The notes beneath the pieces are model-generated. The model saw only the letters and a list, made by a program, of their open reading frames with translations, was not told the origin of the DNA and searched no databases. The position numbers and the translations under genes were made by a program. A DNA stretch of 64,000 nt, from the NCBI GenBank assembly GCA_050613775.1, contig JBODTK010000115.1:434001-498000 (forward strand), written 5' to 3'. This DNA comes from Neocallimastix sp. 'constans'. Its lineage: Eukaryota. Shown here one piece after another: positions 35,358 to 52,615 of the stretch (its first letter is position 1; each line of letters opens with the position of its first letter).

Positions 35358-35859
35358 ATATCAAAATACACCAGCCATTAATACAAAATTTGTATTTCGT
35401 AATATATTGAAAATATTTCATATTAAAATTTATATTTAATAAATATATATATATTAAATAAATTATAAAATAAAATTTTAAAAAATAATCAAAATATCAA
35501 AATTTTATATTATATAATTATTTAATTATATATCTATTTATACATTTATTAAATTTATATTATTTATTTGATTTACCTATTTATACAATTATTTATATAA
35601 TTTATATCATTTATTTATTCATATATTCATTTATATTATTTATACTATTTATTTATTCATATATTTATATATTTATTTAATATATATATTTTATATTAAT
35701 TAGGTGTATTATTTATTTTTTTTCATTTATATCTTTTATAAAAGAATAATTTTATATTACATAAAACCTGTAGAAAACAATTCCTAGTTACTTAATAATT
35801 ACTATATATTTAATCACATATCTTTTATAGAAAACAATACAATATTTCTATATTATTAA

Positions 35860-35931
<72 letters not shown>

Positions 35932-36289
35932 ATAAATAATAATAGGAATAATATATGAATATTTTATATTAATATTTATTATTATTATACAATATATTAT
36001 TTTTATCTTTATTTTAGTTTTATTAAATTTTTTTTTATGATATTTTTATAATAATAAAAACAAAAATAACTTTGATTATTGTGAAATTATCTCTATTAAA
36101 ATTTATTTATGGTAGCAGAGAATAATTGTATATATAATAATTTATTATTATGGATGTAATCATTGGTATTATTGATAAATTTGTTATATAATTATTATTT
36201 ATTATATAATAATATTTATTTTATTTTGCGGTATTATATAAATTAAATAAACTGTTATATGTAGTTAATTTCTTTGCATTTAATTTTTC

Positions 36290-36620
36290 TATTGATACTG
36301 ACTTAAGAAGTGTTGTCATACTTCTGGAACGATTCATTACTGTTGGTTTGCTTTGTTCCTTTGATTTTAAAGCTTTTATTGGAAATTTTATTCATTTTTA
36401 AACATATTAATATCTATCCATTCCTCAGTTTCATCCTTCTTATCTTTTTGCAGAGGTCTTTCTTCTTGAAGTGCTTTGGATAGAGTAATCAATTTCATCT
36501 TCAATTTCTGGTTCTTCCTCTTCCTCTTCTAAATCTGTTACAATTAGAAGGATTAACTCGTTCTAAGATGCCAGCTATTTCCAGATGTGCTGAAGAAGGA
36601 CTTCTCTGGATTAGAAAAAA
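36290..36620 (-). pseudogene. Degraded coding fragment of unknown origin (gene or transposon relic)
   Basis: GC-elevated island reading LIVTDLEEEEEEPEIEDEIDYSIQSTSRRKTSAKR* on the minus strand, with stops nearby and no start or exon chain I could build. Confidence 0.35.
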
Positions 36621-37072
36621 TAATTTAGTATAAATTCATTTAAAACTTCACCTAATAATATGAATATATATTATATAAAGAAAACAAAAAAAAAAAATAA
36701 AAATAAAAATAAAAATAAAAATAAAAATAAAAAAAATAAGAAAATTAAAAAAAAAAAAAAAAAATTTAAAATAAATGAGTAAATATATGTATTATATAAT
36801 ACTTTAAAGATTAACTTTTATTTATTTAATCAAGATATAAATAAATGATAGATTTATATCTAAAAATTTAAACCATTAAATTTTGTAGATTTTTATTTTT
36901 CAATTATATTTGTACAAACAACACACACAATGCTATTAAAAATAAATAATAATAATAATAAAATAATTATTTCGTACCCTTTTATATATTATTATTATTA
37001 TTATTAATTTATTTATTTATTTATTATTATTATTATTTATTTATTTATTCATTATTATTATTATTATTAATT

Positions 37073-37108
<36 letters not shown>

Positions 37109-37663
37109 TTATTATTATTATTAATTATTATTATTATTTATTATTATTATTGCCAATATTATTAGTTATAGTTTACATTAAATTCAATTTAAAATCAATG
37201 TGGATATATTAACAGATATAAAAGATAACATAAAAATTGATATGAATTATTATTCATGTTAAAAGTTTTGACCATTATATCCAAACGTTATTACATATAC
37301 GTATTATAAATTAAAGAGGAATGAACGGGGTTCAATTATAAAAATAATTAAAATTAAAATTTCAATATTATTATTTAATGTTAAAAAAATATTGAAGTTT
37401 TATTATTATGATAATAACAGTAAAAAGCAATAGTATTATAATAATTATTATAATAAAGTTTTAATATTATTATAATATTTAGAAATTAAGGAAAATTTTT
37501 AATAAAAATTGAAAGACTTTATACTTAAATATTGGTAATAAACATTGAAATATCTTAATATAAATATTATAGTTTTAATAGTTTAAATAAAAATATAAAA
37601 TAGTTATGTTATTTAATAAAAGATTTAAAGATTAAAAAAATTATAAATTATTTAAACCATAAA

Positions 37664-37701
<38 letters not shown>

Positions 37702-37716
37702 AATAAAAATAATTAA

Positions 37717-37763
37717 TTTGTGGTTAAGTAATCCAAAAAAATATATAAAGTAAAAAAATAATC

Positions 37764-37800
<37 letters not shown>

Positions 37801-37875
37801 AAGTAAAAAAAATAAATAATTATAATTTATTTGTGGTTAAGTAATCCAAAAAATATATAAAGTAAAAAAATAATT
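37717..37875. repeat. ~45-bp direct duplication immediately upstream of the CAT-like gene
   Basis: ATTTGTGGTTAAGTAATCCAAAAAAATATATAAAGTAAAAAAATAAT at ~37717 and ~37830. Confidence 0.8.
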
Positions 37876-37920
37876 GTTATATTAATATTTCATAAGAAAA
37901 ATTATTAATAGATAATAAAA

Positions 37921-38556
37921 ATGAGTAGAAATAATGAAAAAATACTTGATATGAAAGTTGAAGACTTACCCTTTCGAGACTTTTTAACCAGTAGATATTC
38001 TATGACTGTTAGGGTTTCAACTCAAAAAACTTATGAAAAAGCTAAAGAAGAAAATATTCCATTTTTTAATTTAACATTAGCGTGTATTTTAAAAGCTATC
38101 AATGAAATTAAAGAATTTAAATGGAGAATAAAAGATAACCAAGTAATAGAATATGATTGGATTAATGCTGTTACTCCAATTATTCAAAATGATAATTCCA
38201 TTCGTGAAATAGAAATAGAACCATTATCCCAGTTTTCTAATATTTATGAATGGAATAAATATGTTGAAGAAAAGAAAAAAAATATTGAAAATAATCAGTA
38301 TACAGTTGAAAGTACTTTAAGAGATATACAACCAATTGCAAATTTCTCATGTTTACCCTGGATTAATTTTGATTCTATGACTAATGTTATATGTTCACCA
38401 CATCAGATAATGCCAGTTATTTCTTGGGGAAAATTGGTTGATGGTAAAATTCCAATTTCTTTAACTGCTAGTCATGTATTTATTTTTGGTTGGCATTTTA
38501 AATTATTTTATGAAAAAGTTGAATATTATTTAACCCATCCTGAAAAACTATTTTAA
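37921..38556 (+). CDS. Chloramphenicol acetyltransferase-fold (CatA-like) O-acetyltransferase, intronless, 211 aa
   Basis: Length and motifs match type A CAT: LKAINEIKEFKWRI, NFSCLPWINFDS (cf. CATIII ISALPWVNFDS), PVISWGK, and ISLTASHVFIFGWH in place of VHHAVCDGFH. Confidence 0.88.
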   Translation: MSRNNEKILDMKVEDLPFRDFLTSRYSMTVRVSTQKTYEKAKEENIPFFNLTLACILKAINEIKEFKWRIKDNQVIEYDWINAVTPIIQNDNSIREIEIEPLSQFSNIYEWNKYVEEKKKNIENNQYTVESTLRDIQPIANFSCLPWINFDSMTNVICSPHQIMPVISWGKLVDGKIPISLTASHVFIFGWHFKLFYEKVEYYLTHPEKLF

Positions 38557-38674
38557 AATACAATATAAATATTTTTTTATATTTTTTTTTAAATTATAAT
38601 AGAAGAAAATTAGTAATAAAGTAAATAAAAAGATTTTTATTAATTTTATTATTAATAAATATTAGATATTAGTG

Positions 38675-38712
<38 letters not shown>

Positions 38713-39847
38713 CATGATAATAATATTATTATGTTTTTAATACTTAATAATATTATAATTTAAAGTATTGAAAATTTTATTAAATTAATGCATTATTATA
38801 TCAAAGTTTAGAAAAAATATTAAAAAAAAAAAAAAGTATAATCCATATAAAAGGAAAATTTATTTCTTAAAAAATTCTTTTTATTAGATTTTTTAGTAAA
38901 AGGAAACTTCGATATAAAATAGAATAAAAAAAAATATGATTCAATATTATATTACTATGTATAATGCATTGAGTGTAAAAAAAAAATATTTATTTATAAA
39001 TGAATATAATAATTAATAAATAATTATTAATAATTAAAAAATAAAATACTAATATTATAACTCTAGTATTATAATTCTAATTTCTAATAAAACTTTATGA
39101 TAAATTTGTTTATTAATAAAATTTTAATAAAATTTTTGTTAAGAATCGATCATTTGAAATGGAAAATATCAAAGTATAAAAATTTAATGAAACTTTCTTA
39201 AAAATGTATCTAAACATTTATTATTGTTATTATTTTTTTTTAAACATGAAAGAGAATAGACTTTCTTAGTTTATTAATTAATCTGAAGATAATACATTAG
39301 ATTTAAGTACAATGAAATATTACATGAAAAAAAAAATAAAATAAAAAATTAAAGAGAAAATTTAAAAATAATAAAATAAATTTGTTAAGAATAGAAAATT
39401 GCAACCAAAAAATAAAACAAAATATAAAATAAAAGTAAAAATAAAAAAAATTTTTAACCATTTTACCTTTTTTTAATTTCCATTCCTATAAAACAAACAA
39501 AAAAAAAAGAAAATCATAATAGAATAATATATATGTTAATGTTAATATATCATATAATAAAATATTTATTATTAAAATGTTCAACCCAAAAAAATAAAAT
39601 ATAATTAAAGGTGAAAAAAAATAAATATATGAGACCAAATAATATATAATAATATATGGAATGATTTTTCTACTTAATATTCAAATACAAAAGCCTATTT
39701 AAAATTATATATTGTAATAAATTAATACAATATAAATGATTTTAAATTGATAATATATTTTCAGATTTAAATAGAAAAAAATTTTTTAATTGAATTTTTT
39801 GTAATATTATATATATATATATATTATATATACTTAATATTTATTTG

Positions 39848-41181
39848 GAGTGTGTGTCATTTCGCAAAAATTTCATTTCGGAAAAGTTTCATTTCGCAAA
39901 AATTTAATAAATAGATAAATAAATAATAAAATAAATAAATAAATAAATAATAAAAAAATAAAAAAAAAAAAGAATTATAAAATATAAAATAAAAAATATA
40001 AAATAAAAAAAAAATATAAAATATAAAATATAAAATATAAAAAAAAAATATAAAATATAAAATATAAAAATGTAAAATATAAAAAGATAAAATAAAAAAA
40101 AAAAAAAAAAAAGTATAAAATATAAAAATATAAAATAAAAAAAAAATATAAGTATAAAATATAAAAAAAATATAAAATATAAAATATAAAATATAAAATA
40201 AAAATAAAAAATAAAAATATATATATATATATATATATAAAATAAAAAATAAAAAATAAAAATAAAAAATATAAAATAAAAAATAAAAAAAAATAAAAAA
40301 TAAAAAAAAATAAAAAAAATAAAAAATAAAAATAAAAAATATAAAATAAAAAATAAAAAAAATAAAAAAAAAAATATAAAAAATATAAAATAAAAATATA
40401 AAATATAAAATATAAAATAAAAATATAAAATAAAAAATATAAAATATAAAATATAAAATATAAAATAAAAAAATAGATACCACCTAAAATCATCCTAATT
40501 TTGTGCTACTTTTAACTCCCTTTTTTATGATGTCCTCATCTTTTTTTTTTTTTTTTATATTTTTTTTACTGAATTATTTATAAATATTTCTTTTATTAAA
40601 AAAATTTATTAGCAATTTAAGATTTTTAAAATACTGCGCAAGGACTTAAAAGGTGTAAAATGATCAATTAATTATTTAAATATTATTTTTTAATCTTTTT
40701 TTTAATAATTATATTTTAAATTTAACAATTATATTTTAAATTATTATCCTTTACATCTTTTAAATTATTAATACTTATTTTTTTTATATATATAAAATTC
40801 TTATATATATTTTAAAAAATTATAAAACGTTTAAAACATATGATAAAATATTTTATTTTTTTAAAGCGTTAATTCTAATAATATTTATTATTATATAATG
40901 TATATTTAATATATATCCATATATATATGTATATTTTTTTTTAAAAATTTAATTTTAAAATTTATTTATTTATTATAGTTTTATATATTTATTTTTATTT
41001 ATTTAGTTTTTTATTTAAATTATATATATTATTTATTTATTTTATTATTAATTTATTTATTTATTAAAAATTTTGCGAAATGAAACTTTTTCGAAATGAA
41101 ATTTTGCGAAATGAAACTTTTTATGTAAATTTTCCGAAATGAAACTTTCCGAAATGAAATTTTGCGAAATGCTCCTCCCCC
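39848..41181. mobile_element. Non-autonomous Mutator-like MITE with repetitive TIRs
   Basis: 9-bp TSD ATTTATTTG (39839-39847, 41182-41190); left end tandem CATTTCGCAAAA/CATTTCGGAAA motifs, right end their inverse TTTTGCGAAATG/TTCCGAAATG; G..C termini; low-complexity interior. Confidence 0.85.
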
Positions 41182-41877
41182 ATTTATTTGCACTATTCAT
41201 CATGGATTCTGTATTAAATTGACTGTATTCAATATAATATAATGTATGTTGTAATTAATTTCAAAATAATATTATTATATATTTAATAACAAATTAATAT
41301 ATATTTTCAATTAAATAATATTTTACTACATAATTTGAAGATTAAGTTGGATGGAAGCTACTATTATAGTATGCAAAAAAAAAAAAAAAAAAAAGATTGA
41401 AAATAGATAAAAAAAAAAAGGAATAAAGACAACAATGAAATATAATAATAGTGAATATCTGAATATCACCTTTATAGATAATATCAAAAAAAACAATAGA
41501 AGATAACAATGAAAATGTTAATAATAATAAATAATAATAATAAATAATAATAATAAATAATAATAATAAATAATAGTAATAATGAAAAATAATGTTATTA
41601 TTAATAATGGTAGTAATAATAATTACAATAATAATAATAATAATAAATAAATAAATTAATACAAAATGGATAATAATATTAATAACGCCATTATCATTAT
41701 TATTGTTATAATATTAATAAATTTTAATATATTTATATTTTATTTTTTATATAATTATTATTTTATGTATGATTAACATTATTTATGTTAATATCATTCT
41801 TTTATGTAAATAACTTATTTCTTATTTTTATGTAAATCATGAAATCATTTGATCAAATTTAGTATAGATTTCACCTG

Positions 41878-43220
41878 ATTATTTTATTTTATTTTATTTT
41901 ATTTTATTTTATTTTATTTTATTTTATTTTATTTTATTTTATTTTATTTTATTTTATTTTATTTTATTTTATTTTATTTTATTTTATTTTATTTTATTTT
42001 ATTTTATTTTATTTTATTTTATTTTATTTTATTTTATTTTATTTTATTTTATTTTATTTTATTTTATTTTATTTTATTTTATTTTATTTTATTCCATCTG
42101 TACTTTATATTCATATTTCTACTATTTATTTTATTTTATTTTATTTTATTTTATTCAATCTGTACTTTCTTATTTAATATTCTACTTTTTATTTTATTTT
42201 ATTTTATTTTATTTTATTTTATTTTATTTTATTTTATTTTATTTTATTTTATTTTATTTTATTTTATTTTATTTTATTTTATTTTATTTTATTTTATTTT
42301 ATTTTATTTTATTTTATTTTATTTTATTTTATTTTATTTTATTTTATTTTATTTTATTTTATTTTATTTTATTTTATTTTATTTTATTTTATTTTATTTT
42401 ATTTTATTTTATTTTATTTTATTTTATTTTATTCCATCTGTACTTTATATTCATATTTCTACTATTTATTTTATTTTATTTTATTTTATTTTATTTTATT
42501 CAATCTGTACTTTCTTATTTAATATTCTACTTTTTATTTTATTTTATTTTATTTTATTTTATTTTATTTTATTTTATTTTATTCCATCTGTACTTTATAT
42601 TCATATTTCTACTATTTATTTTATTTTATTTTATTTTATTTTATTTTATTCAATCTGTACTTTCTTATTTAATATTCTACTTTTTATTTTATTTTATTTT
42701 ATTTTATTCAATCTGTACTTTCTTATTTAATATTCTACTTTTTATTTTATTTTATTTTATTTTATTTTATTTTATTTTATTTTATTTTATTTTATTTTAT
42801 TTTATTTTATTTTATTTTATTTTATTTTATTTTATTTTATTTTATTTTATTTTATTTTATTTTATTTTATTTTATTTTATTTTATTTTATTTTATTTTAT
42901 TTTATTTTATTTTATTTTATTTTATTTTATTTTATTTTATTTTATTTTATTTTATTTTATTTTATTTTATTTTATTTTATTTTATTTTATTTTATTTTAT
43001 TTTATTTTATTTTATTTTATTTTATTTTATTTTATTTTATTTTATTTTATTTTATTTTATTTTATTTTATTCCATCTGTACTTTATATTCATATTTCTAC
43101 TATTTATTTTATTTTATTTTATTTTATTTTATTCAATCTGTACTTTCTTATTTAATATTCTACTTTTTATTTTATTTTATTTTATTTTTATTTTATTTTA
43201 TTTTATTCAATCTGTACTTT
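41878..43220. repeat. Higher-order satellite: (TTTTA)n punctuated by two alternating ~33-bp islands
   Basis: Island A CCATCTGTACTTTATATTCATATTTCTAC at ~42094, 42434, 42584, 43072; island B CAATCTGTACTTTCTTATTTAATATTCTAC at ~42156, 42501, 42651, 42709, 43134 and partial at ~43208. Confidence 0.9.
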
Positions 43221-44851
43221 ATTTATTTATTTGTTTATTTATTTATACATTTATTTTTTTTTACATATAATTGTATTAAAATTTTTTACGGCGTTAACAA
43301 AAAATTTTTCAAGCCATTAAAAATAAATGGCGTATTGAAAATTTGTATTATAAAAATTGGCGAAATGAACCACATTCAATATTTATATTTTAATTGTGGT
43401 CAAAATGAGTACTCCATCTCTTTTTTATAAAAAATATGAAACTTTTAAAAAAAAGAGATAGTGTATATATTTCATGACTTTATTTCTTTTATTTATTTCA
43501 TTACATGTTCAATAAATGAGACAATAAAAAATATAATTTCTTAAAAATACTACCATTACTATTAATTTTAATAATATTATAAATTATTATTATAATTATT
43601 ATTTTATATTAATATTAATAATGAAAAAAAAAATAAAATAAAATAAAAATAAATAAATAATAAAAATTTAATAATAAAGTTGATCTATTAAAAAAAAAAA
43701 TAAAAAAAAAAAATTTAATTAAGAAATTTTTAAATTAAATTTAAAATTTTTTTTATTATATTAAATATAAATTAAAACTATTTGAATATATAAACATTTC
43801 AAATAGTTCTAATTTATATTTATTATATATATATATAATTTTTTTTTTTTTTTTAAAATAAAAAGTAAACCAAAGTTCAATAGAAAAAAGTTTTAAAATA
43901 AAAGAAACGTGAAAGAAAATATAATTGTTATTTAAGTTATAGAAAAAAAAAATATATATATATATATATTTTTTTTTTTTAAGAAGGAAAATTCATATCT
44001 TATTAATTATCTTTTTTTCTCAAGGATAAAAAAAGGAAAATTTATATATTATGAATTATCGTTATAGCAGAAATAAAAAAGAGAAATTTATACGATATAT
44101 TATTGATAATCTTTTTAGCAAGAATAAAAAAGAAAAATTGGAAAAGTAATATTTAATTATTTTTAGAGTAAAATAATAATAATAATATTCTATAATATAG
44201 GTAAAGTTTTTTTTTTAAATAACGATTTTAATTTTACACAATAAGATATCTATAAAAAAAATAATTTATTATAAAACACTATAATTATATCATTTATAAT
44301 TAATTATTTTGTTATTAAAATATTTTATTTCTATTAATAATTTAATTAAAATAAATAAAAAAAAAATAAAATAAAATTAACCATTCAATTTATATTTATA
44401 TGTATATACATAAATATTTTTTTATGAATAACTTCATTATTAATAATAATAATATTATTATTATAATCAGATTAGGAAGTGAAACAATAATAATAATAAT
44501 AAAAAAAAAAAAAAAAAAGAATAAAGAAAATAAAGAGAAAAAAATACAAATTATTATTGAACTTATAAAACTTTATAGAAATTCTTATATAAACGAAATA
44601 TAAATTTAAAATATATTAAATTAAAATTACCTAATAATAATAATAATAATAAAACACGAATCTAAAGTTAAAGATTGTATTTCTTTTACAAATATAATAA
44701 TAAAAATATAAATAATATATTTTATAGATACCAATATATCTATACCAGTAATCATAATTTATTTTAATAATATCATTAAATTGTTAAGATTATTCAAAAA
44801 AAAAAAAAAAAAAAAAGAAAAAAAAATAGAAATTATTATTACTAAAATATC

Positions 44852-47419
<2,568 letters not shown>

Positions 47420-47465
47420 AAAAAGAAAAGAAAAAAAAAAAAATTGAAAAGTGAATATAATAAAA

Positions 47466-47520
<55 letters not shown>

Positions 47521-47979
47521 CTATATCTATATATAGATATAGATATAGATATATAGATATTTATACATAGTCATTATTTACTTTATTACCCTTCATTATT
47601 ATTTCATTATTCATTAATATTACTCACTATTTATTTACATTATTTATTTACATTATTTATTTACATTATTCCTTTATTTCATTTATTCATTATATTAATT
47701 CATTATATTATTCATTAATTAATAGCACATATAATTTTAAAAAATTAAACAAAAAAGAATATATAAAAAATACATAAAATAATATATGTATATACGTGTA
47801 AATATAATAATAAAAAAAAAAAAAATAAAAAATTTGTAAATATTATTATTTTTATTATTATTATTATTTTCTTAATATTATTTTAATTTTTAATTAATAA
47901 ATTAATTATTTTTTTTTATTTATTTTTTTTGATTTTTGATTTTTGATTTTGATTTTTGATTTTATTTTATTTTGATTTT

Positions 47980-48016
<37 letters not shown>

Positions 48017-48169
48017 GAAATTAATAATAGAATACAGAAAATATGAAGCTTTTATATTTTTTTTTTTTCAAAAAAAAAAAAAAAAAAAATTAATAAAATA
48101 TACAACTATACTATAGCAAATAATTTTTTTTTTTTTTTTAATAATTTATTTAACACTTAAAATCTAACT

Positions 48170-48340
48170 TTTTATGGTTATTAAACCCCTAAAATTTTGT
48201 TTCATATCCTATAGGTTATGAAGAACCTACATTTTTATCATGGTATATATTTACATGGGTATTCCCCTTCAGTAGTAATGATCCTTCCCTTTGAGCGTAT
48301 TACTAAAGTTAGAAAGAAAATCCTTTTATTTTCTTTCTCT

Positions 48341-48393
<53 letters not shown>

Positions 48394-48447
48394 CTAATAA
48401 TAAAGTTCCATTTAACTTTTTTTTAAAAGATCTATTTATTCAATTTA

Positions 48448-48500
<53 letters not shown>

Positions 48501-48513
48501 ATTATTATTATTA

Positions 48514-48554
<41 letters not shown>

Positions 48555-49570
48555 GAAAACCAGAAGTGGATTTTTTCAAAAAAAAAAAAAAAAAAAAAAT
48601 TTTTTTCTTCATCTTCAGCATAATCAGCATTGTTCATAGATTTTTTTTCTTCATCTTCAGCATAATCAGCATTGTTCATAGATTTTTTTTTCTTCATCTT
48701 CAGCATAATCAACATTGTTCATAGATTTTTTTTTTTTTTTAAAAGTCATTTTTGTATTTCATGTATTTAATTCCATAATCCAGAGTATACTCCTAATAAA
48801 TATACCTAGAAATTTTTCTTTACTTTTTCACTCATTCTACATTGTTGGGGTTCTTACTCTTCCTAACCTGCTTGCTTTAACTTCAGAGAATAGTATATCT
48901 GACCCTTGCATTTACAGGAGGATATTAGCAAATTTCCTATCGCATCACCTCCTATATCTTTTGTTTCATTGAAAGCTTTTACCCTACCTACTTATATATT
49001 TACTTTCATTCAAAAGGTGATTAAGTTTCTTATGAGAGAGATACAATTCATCAAGTTATGCTTTTTTTTTTTTTTTTTTTTTTTTTTTCAAGTAATTTCT
49101 CTTTATAAATCCTTTCTGATAGAATACACATCCATCTTTTTTTTTTTTTAATATTATAATTATCTTTTTTCCTTTTTTTTTTTTTTTTTTTTTTAGTCTT
49201 TAATGTTTAAGGTATCATTTTTCTTAACTTTTTTTTTTAATTGAAAAAAAATATCATCTACATAATACCTTTAAAAATGAAGAATAATTTCTTTTATTTT
49301 CATTCTCATTTTCATTTTTTATTTTATTTTATTTTATTTTACATATATAAAGGGTTCCATTAAAAGTGGCCATTCATTTTACTAGGTATTTATTCAAGCT
49401 TTTCATTCCATTAATGGCCTGCTTACTTTAACTTAATAAAAACTTATAAAATGGTTTCCTTTGCTTCCCCCCAAAAAAAAAAAAAAAAAAAAAAAAAAAA
49501 CATTGGTTCATTAACGAGTATCCATCTTGGATGTATAATATGGTATCATAGATATTTTCGTCTTCTAATT

Positions 49571-49607
<37 letters not shown>

Positions 49608-49862
49608 TATGCTACCTTGATATATATATATTTGGAAAAAAAATTTTTTTTTTTTTCAAAAGTTTTTTTTAGGTATGGCAAAAAAAGCAATTTATGATTC
49701 GGAGAGATTTTTTAACTTTTAAGAGTGGGCAAGAAAGTATTTGAGTAATTTAATGCCATGGCATTGTGAACATTCTCTTTCAAAATATAAATTTATATCA
49801 ATGTACATATCGTGGAATACCAGTCCATGAGTTATTTGTATTGGAAATGGAAACCTTTCTAT

Positions 49863-49917
<55 letters not shown>

Positions 49918-50200
49918 TGTATTATATGTAATGATGAATAAGAAAAAAGAATAATAAATTGAGGGAGTGATTAATAAATAATACATATTCTTTACTATTT
50001 TTTAGGACTTTGTGTTTAAGGGTTTTTTTTTTTATTTTCAGTTCCATTCCTTTAATCATGCTCTGTTATTTGAATTCAATATTCAATAATAATAAAATAA
50101 ATAAATAAATAAATAAATAAATAAAAACATATAAAACCTAAACCATATTAAAATCGTGGTATGTTTTAGAGGGTTAGTTTAAAAAAATTATAACCTTTAA
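48170..50200 (+). mobile_element. Heavily decayed non-LTR (LINE-like) retrotransposon debris
   Basis: Patchy GC-elevated sequence broken by polyT/polyA; remnant GYEEPTF...YIYMGIP at ~48215-48265 resembles the YxYLG motif ending non-LTR RT domains, and TYRGIPVHELF at ~49805 loosely resembles KAYDSVP. Confidence 0.4.
48600..48730. repeat. 42-43-bp tandem repeat, 3 copies
   Basis: Unit CTTCATCTTCAGCATAATCAGCATTGTTCATAGA plus polyT; minus strand reads SMNNADYAEDEEKK. Confidence 0.85.
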
Positions 50201-50310
50201 ATTTATAATATATCAAAAAAAAAAAAAGGAAAGAGTCATCATGTATTATTTATTATGTATAGTTTAATACAATTCATTCGTGAACATTATTGCACTACTC
50301 TTTTGGACTG

Positions 50311-50352
<42 letters not shown>

Positions 50353-50951
50353 ATTTTAATAAAGAAAGAAGGAAAGAAAGAAGGAAAGAAATAACTATAT
50401 TGATAAAAAAAAAAGAACTATGTTAAAAGAGAGAGAAAGAGAGCAAATGAAAAGAAAAAAAAAAAAGGAAATATCGAAGGAAATATCATTGATTGATATT
50501 CTTTTTTTTTTATTTTTATATTAATATATGATAATTTTTATAGATTATTTTTTTTAATGATATATGATTATTATTATTATTATTATACAATATTATTTGC
50601 ACTGGCATTATTATTATATGTATTATTTTACGTATTATAATTATTTTTTAATAATTAAAAGTAGTATTAAATAATCAAATCATAATTATAAAAAAAATAT
50701 TATACTATAATACATTAAGTAATAATTACTATTATTAGATTAATTATAATACTTTACTTTTTTATTGTTACTTCTTAATATTATTTAAATATATAATAAT
50801 TTGATTATTTAATAATAATTATTAATAATAATAATAAAATATGATGATGACATGATTTTTAAATAGTAATAATTAAATATTATTACTATTAAAAATATTT
50901 ATATTATAATTACAATAATATTTAATTTTATTATTATTATTATTATTATTA

Positions 50952-51021
<70 letters not shown>

Positions 51022-52582
51022 CATCATCAATAACTATAATTATTTAATAATCAAGGTATTACTATGTTCATTCATTAATGAAAATATTGAAAACTACTAT
51101 TATTTGTTTTGTTATATTATATTATTTATTATATCATTATATTATTTATTATATCTAATTATTTATAATTACTTCTAAATTATTTATTATTTATTATGCT
51201 ATTTTATTATTATTTTATTCTTATGTTATTTTATTATTATATAATTATTAATTATTAATTTATTAATTATTTATTAGTATTTATTAAATTATTTTATTAT
51301 TTTATTATTTTATTATATACATTTACTATTTATTATTGTGCATTATGTATTAGGCAATCATTAAAATTTATTATCATAATTTTATTATCTTCATATATTA
51401 AATTAATTATTTTTTTTTAATTATTTGTTCTTACTTATTATTTGTTCTTACTTTGTATTTGTTCCTATTTATTGTTTGTTTCTATTTATTACTTATTAAT
51501 ATTTTATATTAACGATAGGTCATGTTTTATTAAAACAAAACAAAAAAAAAACTTATATTCTTATTGGAATTAAAAATAGATTATTATATTTATTATATAT
51601 TAAAAAATAAATATATAATAAATTTTTAAAAAACAATAATTATTATGTATAAATATAGTTATATTACTTTTATTAATAATGTCATAATAACATGTTATTT
51701 TATTATTAATTAACTATTAATATTATTATTATTTTTTAATAAAAAATAAACTGTTTATGTATTTTAATCACATAATTATTGTTATTATGAAAAATAAAAA
51801 ATAATAAAAAAAAAAAAAAAAAAAAAAAAGGAAAAGGAAAAAAAGAATATTAAAAGATTTAAGATTTATTAAATAAATTAAAAAGTTAGATAAAAAAAAT
51901 AATCATATTAATAAATAATAATTAAAAAATAATAATTTTTAACAAAAAAAAAAAAAAAAAAGAAAGAAAGAAAAAAAAATAAGAAATTACATATATTTAA
52001 GAAATATAGGTCAGATAGATATATATTAATATTAAAAATATTAAAAAAATAAAAAAAAAAGTATATCATCATAAAATTAATATATGAAAGTATTAAATAA
52101 AAATTATACTCTTTTAAGTATGAATTAGATGATGGCTTTTAATTATTTAATAATTATTTAAAAATATTAATAAATCTAATTGTTAGATGATGCTTTTAAT
52201 TCCAAAATAATGATAAAAAAAAATAATAATAATAAAAATTAAAAAAATTAATAAAATCAATTTAAATAAAAATATATATATATTATAAAAAGTGATAGGT
52301 CGTTTTGTTTGGTCATTAGCTAAATATTTTTTGAGATAAATATTAATGACAGTTCGTTTTTTAAAATAATAATAATAATAAATAATAATAGTAATAATAA
52401 TAATTTTTAAAATAAATATTATAGTGATGATGACTAAAATTAATTAATTAATAATAAAAAGTATTATTAAATGACATCGTTAATGAATTAATTCTTTTTA
52501 ATAAATTACCTCTTTTTAATTTTTTAAGCAATATCATCATATTATTAATAATCTGAATGTAGGATGATGATTAGAGTATTAG

Positions 52583-52615
<33 letters not shown>

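Noticed and set aside
39857..40493. Long F/Y/I-rich minus-strand ORFs (208 and 172 aa)
   Set aside because: Low-complexity A-rich interior of a MITE; stop-free by composition.
41878..43220. Repeat-spacer pattern resembling a CRISPR array
   Set aside because: Spacers are identical (TTTTA)n of variable length, there are no cas genes, and the context is eukaryotic.
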